Shown here: piece after piece, positions 43,393 to 51,988 of the stretch
Layout: the number at the start of each line of letters is the position of its first letter
How positions within the stretch are numbered: position 1 is the stretch's first letter
Assembly: GCA_918244965.1 (NCBI GenBank)
Contig: CAKJYC010000021.1
Coordinates: forward strand, 85,025-149,024
Reading direction: 5' to 3'
Source of the DNA: Clostridiales bacterium
GTDB taxonomy: Bacteria > Bacillota > Clostridia > Christensenellales > CAG-138
Length of the DNA: 64,000 bases
The notes under the pieces: generated by a model
Database searches by the model: none
What the model was told of the DNA's origin: nothing
The model's input: the letters and a program-made list of their open reading frames with translations, nothing else
Translations under genes and position numbers: made by a program

Positions 43393-43435
43393 GATTTCTC
43401 CCTTCCGTCCGTCCGGACGTTTCAATCAATATGGT

Positions 43436-43464
43436 ATTTTACCGAAAAAGCACGGTTTTGTCAA
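43436..43464 (-). promoter_or_regulatory. sigma-A-type promoter candidate for acpP
   Basis: The minus strand has TTGACA (43464-43459, overlapping the plsX stop), a 17-nt spacer and TAAAAT (43441-43436). Confidence 0.5.
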
Positions 43465-44483
43465 TCCTCAATGTTCATCGTCTCGGCGAACTTGCCGATC
43501 TTTTCCGTCACGCCGCCGCGCACGAGCCGCGTTGCCTGCAGCAGGCACACCTTGACCGACTTTGCGTCTGAGCTGCCGTGTCCCTTGATGATGCCGCCGT
43601 TGATTCCGAGCAGCGGCGCTCCGCCGTATTCGGTGTAGTCCAGCTTCTTTTTGAGCGAGTTGAACGCCGGTTTGCCGATGAGTCCGGCGATCTTGCCGCG
43701 CGTCGATTCCATCAGCGTTTTTTTCAGCATTGCGCCGATCCACTTCGCCACGCCTTCGGTCGTTTTCAGCATCACGTTGCCGTCAAAGCCATCGCACACC
43801 AGCACGTCGACCGCGCCGGTCGTAAGATCGCGTGCCTCGACGTTGCCGATGAAGTTCAGGCCTTCGATCGCCTTCAGCCGCTGATGCGCTTCCTTGGTCA
43901 GAGAGTTGCCTTTCTCCTCCTCGGTGCCGTTGTTCAGAAGGCCGACGCGCGGATTCTTCACGCCCTCGACCGCCTCAAGATACGCGGCGCCCATCAGCGC
44001 AAACTGTACAAGGTACCCCGGCTTACAGTCCGTGTTCGCGCCGCAGTCAAGGATCTCAGTCACGGTCCCCGCAGACGTCGGTATCAGCGTTGCAAGCGCC
44101 GGACGCTTGATGCCCTTATGCCGCCGCACGATCAGCGTTGCGCCGGTCAGCACCGCGCCGGTAGAACCCGCGGAAAAGAAACAGTCCGCTTCATGGTCAC
44201 GCACGGCTTCGAGCGCTTTCACAAGGCTCGAATCCTTTTTCTTGCGGATCGCCTCGGTCGGATGCTCGCCCATGCCGATCGTTTCGGTCGTAAACACCGT
44301 CTCGATCCGGTCCTTCCATTCCGGATGCGCCGCCGTAAACGGCTGCAGCGCTTCCTCATTGCCGAAGAGGCGCAGATTCACGTCCTCCGCTTCCTTCTCG
44401 TTCAGAAATGCCAGAACGCCGTCCAGCACCGCCTGCGGCGCATTGTCGCCGCCCATTACGTCCACTGCCAGCTTCATTGCCAT
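43461..44483 (-). CDS. plsX: phosphate acyltransferase PlsX
   Basis: 340 aa with VDVMGGDNAP and full-length family similarity. Confidence 0.95.
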   Translation of the reverse strand: MAMKLAVDVMGGDNAPQAVLDGVLAFLNEKEAEDVNLRLFGNEEALQPFTAAHPEWKDRIETVFTTETIGMGEHPTEAIRKKKDSSLVKALEAVRDHEADCFFSAGSTGAVLTGATLIVRRHKGIKRPALATLIPTSAGTVTEILDCGANTDCKPGYLVQFALMGAAYLEAVEGVKNPRVGLLNNGTEEEKGNSLTKEAHQRLKAIEGLNFIGNVEARDLTTGAVDVLVCDGFDGNVMLKTTEGVAKWIGAMLKKTLMESTRGKIAGLIGKPAFNSLKKKLDYTEYGGAPLLGINGGIIKGHGSSDAKSVKVCLLQATRLVRGGVTEKIGKFAETMNIED

Positions 44484-44498
44484 CGCTCCCGTGCCCGC

Positions 44499-45377
44499 TT
44501 ATTCTCCGTCTCCGCCGCCGTCGCCGTCACCGTCGCCGTCGTCATCGCCTTCGTCGCCGTCCTCGTCATCCGGATCCGACGGTGCAGGCTCCTCCGCAAT
44601 GCTTTCCTCGGTCGGAAGCTCCTCCGTCGGACGCTCTGCGATCGGCTCCACGGGCGCATTTGTATCCTCTTCAGCCGAGTGATTCGCCTTCTTTTTGCGC
44701 AGCAGCACGAACGCGATCGCTGCGATCGCTGCCGCAGCAGCGACGCCGATCACGACCCAAAGCCACCACGGTAGCCCGTCGGACTTCAGGTCAAACTCAG
44801 CGTATGCGACTTCGCCCGATTTCAGTTCCGTCAGATCCCATGTCAGCGTCTTTCCGCCGTTGGAAACCTCGTGTGCATTGTGCGTCGTCGGCTTGGACGG
44901 AAGCTCCAGCGTCAGCTTCATATATCCGCCGTAGTTCTTCATCGCGGCAAGCATCTGCTCGGATTCCTTCATGCTTTCCTCGCCCATCGAGCCGAGGAAA
45001 TCCATCCGGAATGTGACATGATTGCCATCGACCGCAAACACATTGCCGTTGAAAACAGCCTCCATGCCGTCTTCGCTCGCCGGTCCGGACGAAGCGGTGT
45101 CGAGCTTGCCCGATTTGCTGAGTGTGTACCCGGAGTAGCCGTCCTCGCTGTAGGCTTCGCATTTGACGCCGTCCTGCGCAAACGAGTCCAGCTCTTCCTG
45201 CGTCACAGTAAGGCCCTCGCCGATCATCGACGCCATGGAATCGCTGACCGCATACAGCATGCGAACGTCGGCCGTTCCGTCGGCCTTGACCCGGAACCGA
45301 ATATCGATACGCATGCAGCCGATCAGGGAAACCAGCATCACAAGCGCAAGCGCAAGCAAAAGCAATCTCTTTTTCAT
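44499..45377 (-). CDS. hypothetical lipoprotein with a C-terminal TM anchor and a poly-acidic tail
   Basis: 292 aa from the ATG at 45377 (RBS GGAGG; the track start is a TTG two codons upstream). Lipobox LVSLIGC, a late TM (WWLWVVIGVAAAAAIAAIAFVLL) and the tail DPDDEDGDEGDDDGDGDGDGGGDGE. Confidence 0.55.
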   Translation of the reverse strand: MKKRLLLLALALVMLVSLIGCMRIDIRFRVKADGTADVRMLYAVSDSMASMIGEGLTVTQEELDSFAQDGVKCEAYSEDGYSGYTLSKSGKLDTASSGPASEDGMEAVFNGNVFAVDGNHVTFRMDFLGSMGEESMKESEQMLAAMKNYGGYMKLTLELPSKPTTHNAHEVSNGGKTLTWDLTELKSGEVAYAEFDLKSDGLPWWLWVVIGVAAAAAIAAIAFVLLRKKKANHSAEEDTNAPVEPIAERPTEELPTEESIAEEPAPSDPDDEDGDEGDDDGDGDGDGGGDGE

Positions 45378-45483
45378 ACCCAAGCCTCCATATTCTCACT
45401 GGATACAGTATACTCCATTCTCCGCTTCTTTGCAATAGCAAAACGGAACGCCGAAGCGTCCCGTGATGATGCAAGTATAGCGA

Positions 45484-47040
45484 TTACAGGCTGGGAATCA
45501 GGCCGACCAGCCAGCGAAGGATCATCGCCGCGTCGCCCGCCGTAATGCGTCCGTCGCCGTTGACGTCTGCAAGCGTTTTTGCCTTGCCGGACAGGAGTTC
45601 GATTTCGACGATGTGGCGCAGGATCAGCACCGCGTCGGCTGCCGTGACGTCGCCGCTGAGGTTCGCGTCGCCGTTCGGAAGGTACGGCAGCGGCTCATAC
45701 TGCTCGGCAAAGGTCAGCCGGTCGATCAGCTTATGTGTACGCGACGCCGAAACGTCCGCTGTAAAGCGCTCCCATGTCTCCGTGTATTTTGGATGATAGC
45801 GCAGATGCCACAGGACGCCCGCGGGCAGCTCGTACCGCCAGAATGTCAGGGAATCTGTTTCCCCTGGATGCAGCATCACATTCGGCTGTTCCGGGGTTCG
45901 CTTCGGCGGCTCTCCGCGAAAGATCACCGTCGGCGATTCCCGCCAGGGATGCAGCGGATCCGTGTCCCACCCGCAGTCCGGGTCGATCAGGTCCTCGTGT
46001 CCTTCGATGTCCGTACTGTACGCGCCGAACGTTCCGATCCAGTTCAGCCGCGTGACCGACGCCGGAACGACCACGGTTTTCAGCTTTTCGCAGTTGAAAA
46101 ACGCATACGGTCCGATGTACGTCACACCTTCGTTCAGCACGACCTCTGTCAGCTCCGGAAGGCTGTAGCATGCGGCATGGATCTCGCGTACGGAGCCGGG
46201 AAACGTGACCTTGCGAAGATTCGGGTTCGTCATACGCTCGCGGGCATAGGTGTATACGCCCTGCGTTTCAAAATCCCGCCAGCCAAGCGTACAGCAGACG
46301 CTCTTCACGGAATCGGGCACGGTGATCTCCGTTTGATTTGTCCCGTTGTAGCGGATCAGGACGCCGTCGCCGACGATAACGAATTCTTCCGTCCGGGTTT
46401 CAAGCCACGGCGTTTTGTGAAATGCTTCAAGGCCGATCCGCTTGACGGAATCCGGAATGTCGACGTGCGTAAGGGCTTCGCATTCGTAAAACGCCTGACA
46501 GCCGATCTGATCGACACCCTCTTCGAGCACGACGGACTGCAGCTCGGTGCAGTGCGTGAAGCCATCGACCGTCTTGACACTGCCGGGAATCACAAGCTCC
46601 CGGATCGGCTGATCGGCGAACGGATCGTCCGTGATCACGCTGACCGATCCGAATTCGATCGTGCGAAGATTCGGGAACAGAATGCCCGTATATCCTCGGA
46701 TCGTATCGTACCCGACATACCGCAGCGTTTCGACGGATTCCACGATTTGCGCAATAGACAAGCCGGTTTGTTCGGCGAGTGCCGGAACGATCTCATCCCA
46801 GTCGGGCGCAATCCGTCCGTATGCATCCGTGCTGCGGAAATACCGATACTGCACTGTGAGCGAACGCTCCTGCAGATCGAGCGTCCATTCGTCCTGACGG
46901 ATCAGCTCGTGCGTCTCCGCAGTATAGCTTTCAAAAACGCCGCTATAGGCTTTTCCCTCCGCAGCTGCGACCGGCAGCGCCGTCATCAAAAGAACGATGC
47001 ACAGCAGCAACGCAATGATCAGTTTCTGTACATTTCGCAT
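45484..47040 (-). CDS. secreted leucine-rich-repeat (BspA-like) protein with a C-terminal type I dockerin
   Basis: 518 aa with a signal peptide and repeated LRR_5-like units (IPDSVKRIGLEAF..., VPDSVKSV..., FPGSVREI..., VPASVTRL...). The dockerin has two Ca-binding repeats: GDANLSGDVTAADAVLILRHI and DVNGDGRITAGDAAMILRWL. Confidence 0.7.
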   Translation of the reverse strand: MRNVQKLIIALLLCIVLLMTALPVAAAEGKAYSGVFESYTAETHELIRQDEWTLDLQERSLTVQYRYFRSTDAYGRIAPDWDEIVPALAEQTGLSIAQIVESVETLRYVGYDTIRGYTGILFPNLRTIEFGSVSVITDDPFADQPIRELVIPGSVKTVDGFTHCTELQSVVLEEGVDQIGCQAFYECEALTHVDIPDSVKRIGLEAFHKTPWLETRTEEFVIVGDGVLIRYNGTNQTEITVPDSVKSVCCTLGWRDFETQGVYTYARERMTNPNLRKVTFPGSVREIHAACYSLPELTEVVLNEGVTYIGPYAFFNCEKLKTVVVPASVTRLNWIGTFGAYSTDIEGHEDLIDPDCGWDTDPLHPWRESPTVIFRGEPPKRTPEQPNVMLHPGETDSLTFWRYELPAGVLWHLRYHPKYTETWERFTADVSASRTHKLIDRLTFAEQYEPLPYLPNGDANLSGDVTAADAVLILRHIVEIELLSGKAKTLADVNGDGRITAGDAAMILRWLVGLIPSL

Positions 47041-47127
47041 GCAAAACCTCCCTGTCTCCGTATCACACGGTTTTTGATCGTTTGCTTTCTGTCTATACAG
47101 ACAGTCCGGGGATCAAAAGTGATACAC

Positions 47128-47646
47128 TCAATTGTGTGAAGAATCTGTAAACGGTGCGTGTTTTCTGTCGTCGCGGACGTCGTGGACGACGTACGGCTTT
47201 GGAACAGTCAGCGCTTCGCGCATAAAGTGCGGATAGAGCGTTTTCGGCTCGTCCGGCGCGACCCAGACAAACTTCTCCTCGCCGTCACCGAGATGGTCGG
47301 ACATGAGCGCAAAGTCCTCCGGCACGTACATGTAGAAATAGAATGCAAGCTCATAGACGGGCTTGCCGAAGTGCTTTGTGCCGTCGTTATAGAAATAAAC
47401 CTCGCTGATGTAACCGAGCCGGTCGACGGTCATCTTTTGGCCTGTCTCCTCAAAGACCTCGCGCACGACGGCTTGTTCAGCTGTCTCGCCGAATTTGATC
47501 CGTCCGCCGACGGAATAGCAGTAATCGCCGAATTTGCTTTTGACCATCAGCGCTTTACCGTTGCGGATAATGATCGCGCCGACGCGAATGTTCAGAAGTC
47601 CGTCCCCGCAGGGTACGCACATGTCGGGTCCGGGAATCGTTTCCAT
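47128..47646 (-). CDS. NUDIX hydrolase
   Basis: 172 aa from the ATG at 47646 (RBS AAAGGAG; the track start is an upstream TTG). The Nudix box is GGRIKFGETAEQAVVREVFEETG. Confidence 0.75.
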   Translation of the reverse strand: METIPGPDMCVPCGDGLLNIRVGAIIIRNGKALMVKSKFGDYCYSVGGRIKFGETAEQAVVREVFEETGQKMTVDRLGYISEVYFYNDGTKHFGKPVYELAFYFYMYVPEDFALMSDHLGDGEEKFVWVAPDEPKTLYPHFMREALTVPKPYVVHDVRDDRKHAPFTDSSHN

Positions 47647-47912
47647 ACGCTGCTCCTTTTCTCTCTTTTTCGACAACCCTTCCGGCTCGGCTTCGCCGAT
47701 CCGCCCTCTCTTTTCACACTTCGCTCCTCTTCGTTGCTGCGGCAGATCGCGCGCTTCCCGCGCGTACCATCCACAGGGAGGGCAAGATAAAGCGATTCCG
47801 CGCAGCGGAATATATCACGAGGGAGTCAGATTCTTCTGACTCCCTCAAACTTGTGGTGCTCCCGCTCAGGAAGCTCCGATCGCGCTTGCGCCGAACGGGC
47901 AATCATGGTCAA

Positions 47913-48101
47913 TTACTTGTCTTCTTCCATGTTGATGACTTCTCTGCCATCGTAATAGCCGCAGTTCTTGCAAACCGTGTGCTGCGCTTTCAGCTCGTGG
48001 CACTTCGGGCACTCGACGAGGTTGGGCGCGATCGCCTTCGAATTGTTCGCTCTGCGCGAATCTCTTCTCGCCTTCGATGTTTTTCTCTTCGGGACTGCCA
48101 T
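47913..48101 (-). CDS. rpmF: 50S ribosomal protein L32
   Basis: 62 aa beginning MAVPKRKTSKARRDSRRA, with a CxxC...CxxC zinc ribbon. Confidence 0.95.
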   Translation of the reverse strand: MAVPKRKTSKARRDSRRANNSKAIAPNLVECPKCHELKAQHTVCKNCGYYDGREVINMEEDK

Positions 48102-48103
48102 GA

Positions 48104-48616
48104 TTACACCTCCTTATGATCGTTCAATAATGATTCGAGCGCACTGAATCGCGCGTCGATATTTTGGGTCAGGCAGGAACACTGCCCCTGGTTCAGATCG
48201 GCGCCGCACACGGGACACAGTCCCTTGCACGATTCGCTGCATACCGTCGTCATCGGCATCTCCAGAAAGAGATTGTCAAAGAACGCTTCGGTAAGGTCGA
48301 GCTTTTCGCCCTCGTAGGGATACAGCTCGTCGTCCTCGGTCTTGAACACCGAGCGCACAAACCGTTCCGAAAACGAAAACGAAAGCGTTTCGACCATCGG
48401 GCGACCGCAGCGGGCGCAGGTCGTTTCGTACGACGCTTCGGCCTCAGCGTCCACGCGAAAGGTCTTTCCGTCATAGACATACGTTCCGGCCAGCTTTGCC
48501 GTGCCGACAAACGTCACGGTTTCGCCCGCATACGTCTGTGGCTTGAGCTCGCCCTCCCATTGAAACGGGAACGGCTCGCCGACCCGCCGCAACGCTTCAT
48601 TGACCGATACAATCAT
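48104..48616 (-). CDS. yceD: YceD family (DUF177) protein
   Basis: 170 aa in the conserved position upstream of rpmF, with the C-terminal CxxxCxGxCxxCG motif (CSESCKGLCPVCG). Confidence 0.85.
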   Translation of the reverse strand: MIVSVNEALRRVGEPFPFQWEGELKPQTYAGETVTFVGTAKLAGTYVYDGKTFRVDAEAEASYETTCARCGRPMVETLSFSFSERFVRSVFKTEDDELYPYEGEKLDLTEAFFDNLFLEMPMTTVCSESCKGLCPVCGADLNQGQCSCLTQNIDARFSALESLLNDHKEV

Positions 48617-48646
48617 ACGCTACCTCAAAATGAACCAACAGATATT

Positions 48647-50557
48647 TTAACCATTCCGACGTCGTTTGTCAACAGATTTCTTCGCTTGTTTTCCCTTTTT
48701 TGGCGGGATTTCATTCCTGCTCTGCTGTTTTTTGCCGCGATCGGGCGCGTTCGGCGTTCGCTCCGGCGGAACCAGCGTATTTTTGCCCGTTCCGATCAGG
48801 TCGTCTCTGCCCGCAAGCCGCAATGCTTTGCGGACCGTATTGAAATTTGCCGGCAGAAAATACTGCATCAGCGCACGCTGCATGGCCTTCTCCTGCGGGT
48901 TTTTCGGAACGAACACCGGCTGCATGGTTCGCGGGTCCAGTCCGGTGTGATACATGCACGTCGATACTGTTCCCGGCGTCGGATAAAAGTCCTGCACCTG
49001 CTGCGGACGGTGTCCCGTCTTTTTGAGATACAGCGCAAGCTCGACGGCGTCGGAAAGCGTGCAGCCCGGATGCGAGCTCATCAGATACGGCACGACGAAT
49101 TGCTTTTTGCCGAGCCGTTCGTTCATACGCGCATAGCGGCGGAGAAACTCCTCATACAATGCGTGCGGCGTCTTGTTCATGTAATAAAGCGTCCTGTCCG
49201 CAATGTGCTCCGGCGCAACCTTGAGCTGTCCGGAAACGTGATGCTCGCACAGCTCTTTCAGAAACGCGTCGCTCTTGTCGTAGAGCAGATAGTCGAACCG
49301 CACGCCGCTGCGAATGAACACCTTTTTGACGCCCGGCAGCGCCCGCAGCTTTCTTAACAGCGCGATATAGTCCGTATGGCTGACCTCAAGGTTCTGACAG
49401 CGCTCGTAGCCGATGCAGGACCGGTTTTTGCAGACGCCGCTTTTGAGCTGTTTATGGCAAGAGGGTTGGCGGAAGTTCGCGGTCGGACCGCCGACGTCGT
49501 GGATAAAACCCTTGAAATCGGGATCCTTCGTCATGGCCCGCGCTTCCTTCAGGATCGAATCGTGGCTGCGCGCAGAGATCACACGGCCCTGATGAAACGT
49601 CAGCGCGCAGAAATTGCAGCCGCCGAAGCATCCGCGGCAGGATGTGATGGAAAACCGTACCTCGTCGATCGCAGGGATCGGTTCCCTGTACGACGGATGC
49701 GGTCGGCGCGTAAACGGCATCGCATACACCGCGTCCATTTCCTCGGTCGACAGCGGCGGCTGCGGCGGGTTCTGCACAAGGCAGCCCTTCTCGTGCGGCT
49801 GCACAAGGCGACGGCCGCGAATCGCGTCCTGCTCCTCAAACTGTGTCTTGAACGCCTCGGCATATTTGCGCTTATCGGATGCGACCTCTCTGTAGGACGG
49901 CAGAACGACCGCATCGGGGCATTCGGACGGATCGTTGATCCGGAAACAGGTCCCCGGCACATTCCTGATCTCACGGACCGGCGTGCCCGCGTCGAGCGCG
50001 TCCGCCAGCGCAACGATGCTGCGTTCCCCCATGCCGTACATCAGGATGTCCGCGCCCGCGTCATACAGGATCGAATGGCGAACGCGATCATCCCAGTAAT
50101 CATAATGCGCAAAGCGTCTCAGGCTTGCCTCGATCCCGCCGATCAGCACCGGCACGTGCGGAAACGCTTCCCGACAGCGGTTGGCATAGACGATCACGGC
50201 GCGATCCGGACGTTTGCCTGCCCTGCCGCCCGGCGTATACGCGTCGTCGCTGCGTCTGCGCTTTGCGGCGGTATAGTGATCGACCATCGAATCGAGATTC
50301 CCTGCGGAGACCAGAAACGCAAGCCTCGGCTTTCCCATGCTCCGGAACGCCTCGACGTCGTGCCAGTCCGGCTGTGCAAGGATCCCCACCGAGTATCCGC
50401 GGCTTTGCAGTACGCGCGCAATGATCGCCGTGCCGAAGCTCGGATGATCGATATACGCGTCGCCGCTGATATAAACAAAATCAAGCCCGTCGATGCCGCG
50501 GGCTTTCATTTCTTCCGCCGAAATCGGCGGTATGGTGTTGATCGGTGCTCGGTTCAC
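48647..50557 (-). CDS. ygiQ: YgiQ family radical SAM protein (UPF0313)
   Basis: 636 aa with the N-terminal SGDAYIDHPSFG, the radical SAM cluster CRGCFGGCNFC and a basic C-terminal tail. GTG start. Confidence 0.9.
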   Translation of the reverse strand: MNRAPINTIPPISAEEMKARGIDGLDFVYISGDAYIDHPSFGTAIIARVLQSRGYSVGILAQPDWHDVEAFRSMGKPRLAFLVSAGNLDSMVDHYTAAKRRRSDDAYTPGGRAGKRPDRAVIVYANRCREAFPHVPVLIGGIEASLRRFAHYDYWDDRVRHSILYDAGADILMYGMGERSIVALADALDAGTPVREIRNVPGTCFRINDPSECPDAVVLPSYREVASDKRKYAEAFKTQFEEQDAIRGRRLVQPHEKGCLVQNPPQPPLSTEEMDAVYAMPFTRRPHPSYREPIPAIDEVRFSITSCRGCFGGCNFCALTFHQGRVISARSHDSILKEARAMTKDPDFKGFIHDVGGPTANFRQPSCHKQLKSGVCKNRSCIGYERCQNLEVSHTDYIALLRKLRALPGVKKVFIRSGVRFDYLLYDKSDAFLKELCEHHVSGQLKVAPEHIADRTLYYMNKTPHALYEEFLRRYARMNERLGKKQFVVPYLMSSHPGCTLSDAVELALYLKKTGHRPQQVQDFYPTPGTVSTCMYHTGLDPRTMQPVFVPKNPQEKAMQRALMQYFLPANFNTVRKALRLAGRDDLIGTGKNTLVPPERTPNAPDRGKKQQSRNEIPPKKGKQAKKSVDKRRRNG

Positions 50558-50841
50558 TTCTTTGTTGTCCGGGATTCCTGCGCCTGTCTGCGTTCCTCTG
50601 CGCTGACTGTAGCATGCGGAGAGATCGGGCCGACAACCGCATCGTGCGTCGCTTCGGACGCGCCCTGCCGCGTGACCTCCGAAACAAGGTATTCGATGGT
50701 CGCGACCATTTCCTTGCGCTCGTTCTCCATCTGCCGCATCTGCACGATCAATTCGTCCAGATACTTGTCCACGTCCTCGCGGTCGTATCCGAACAGGGAT
50801 TTGCGAAATTCCTTATTGACGATGTTCTCCGCTTTGATCAT
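50554..50841 (-). CDS. DivIVA domain-containing protein
   Basis: 95 aa. FRKSLFGYDREDVDKYLDELI is the canonical DivIVA N-terminal domain. Confidence 0.75.
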   Translation of the reverse strand: MIKAENIVNKEFRKSLFGYDREDVDKYLDELIVQMRQMENERKEMVATIEYLVSEVTRQGASEATHDAVVGPISPHATVSAEERRQAQESRTTKK

Positions 50842-50856
50842 GGACGCAAAGGGACA

Positions 50857-51288
50857 TTACATATCGGTATAGCCGGAATCTTCGCCGGTATCCTCTACGT
50901 CAACGTCGCGCGGCGCGACAAGGAAGATCCCTCTGGAGACCTTGTTGATCGTACCGTTGATCGCATAGATCGCGCCGAGCAGGAAGTCGAGCACGCGCTG
51001 TGCGCAGCTGCCCTCAAGCTCCTCCATGTTGACGATGACCGGACGGCGGTTCTTCAGATTATCGACGATGTTCTGCGCATCGTCATAGCATACCGGATGA
51101 TAGACGATCATCTTCATCGACGCCATGCTGCTCGGAACCGGCTGCGCATCGCCGCCGCCCATCAGCGCGTTTTCACGTCGACGGGAACGCGGCTCACGCT
51201 TCGGCTGCGGCTGCTGCGGCTGTTCGTCCGTCAGGACGTCGTCTTCCTCGGTTTCTTCCAGTCCGATGAAATTCAAAAACTTACCCAT
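50857..51288 (-). CDS. sepF: cell division protein SepF
   Basis: 143 aa with a conserved C-terminal domain (IVYHPVCYDDAQNIVDNLKNRRPVIVNM...VLDFLLGAIYAINGTI). Confidence 0.9.
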   Translation of the reverse strand: MGKFLNFIGLEETEEDDVLTDEQPQQPQPKREPRSRRRENALMGGGDAQPVPSSMASMKMIVYHPVCYDDAQNIVDNLKNRRPVIVNMEELEGSCAQRVLDFLLGAIYAINGTINKVSRGIFLVAPRDVDVEDTGEDSGYTDM

Positions 51289-51300
51289 TCTGTTCTCCTC

Positions 51301-51987
51301 CTAAATTTGTCGCGGTCCGAAGATCGCCGTTCCGACGCGCACGGTCGTCGCGCCTTCCTCGATCGCAATGTCGTAATCGTGGCTCATGCCCATCGACAGG
51401 GTGTCGATCGGAAGCGTCGGAAACGACGTTCTGAGCCGTTCAAACCATGCCCGCATTTCCCTGAAGTAGGGACGCACGGCCTCTTTGTCGACAGCGGGCG
51501 GGACACACATCAGCCCTCTCAGCCGCACATGCTCCTGCGCGGCGATCCGGTCGACGAGCTGCGGCAGCGCCTCCGGCGAAATGCCGCCCTTCTGCGCTTC
51601 GCGGCCGATGTTGACCTCGATGAGAATATCCTGCGTGATCCCGTTCCGTCCGGCAAATGCCGCGATCGCATCGAGCAGCGGTTCCCGATCCACGGATTGA
51701 ATGAGATCCGCCTTTCCGCAGATATATTTTACCTTGTTCGTCTGCAGTTGTCCAATGAAATGTGCCCGTAATTGATGCTGTTTATAAAAATTTAACTTTT
51801 CGGTGAACTCCTGCGCGCGGTTTTCGCCGATTTCGGTCACGCCCGCCTCGACCGCTTCGAGGATCCTGCCGGTATCGACAAACTTGGTGACCGCAATCAG
51901 CGTCACATCCGACGCCTCCCGTCCGCAGCGTTCACACGCAAGGCGCATGGTTTCGCGCACGGTTTCGAGATTCTCACGGATCGTCAT
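51301..51987 (-). CDS. yggS: YggS/YlmE family pyridoxal-phosphate homeostasis protein
   Basis: 228 aa from the ATG at 51987 (RBS GGAGGGAG), with LIAVTKF, IGENRAQE, HFIGQLQTNK and SMGMSHD. Confidence 0.9.
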   Translation of the reverse strand: MTIRENLETVRETMRLACERCGREASDVTLIAVTKFVDTGRILEAVEAGVTEIGENRAQEFTEKLNFYKQHQLRAHFIGQLQTNKVKYICGKADLIQSVDREPLLDAIAAFAGRNGITQDILIEVNIGREAQKGGISPEALPQLVDRIAAQEHVRLRGLMCVPPAVDKEAVRPYFREMRAWFERLRTSFPTLPIDTLSMGMSHDYDIAIEEGATTVRVGTAIFGPRQI

Positions 51988-51988
51988 G

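Noticed and set aside
47534-47902. ORFs in the rpmF-NUDIX spacer (47534..47839 plus, 47714..47902 minus, 47592..47774 minus).
   Set aside because: They have no RBS, they run across perfect hairpins, and their composition is Arg/Ser-rich. The spacer is treated as structured non-coding RNA/DNA instead.
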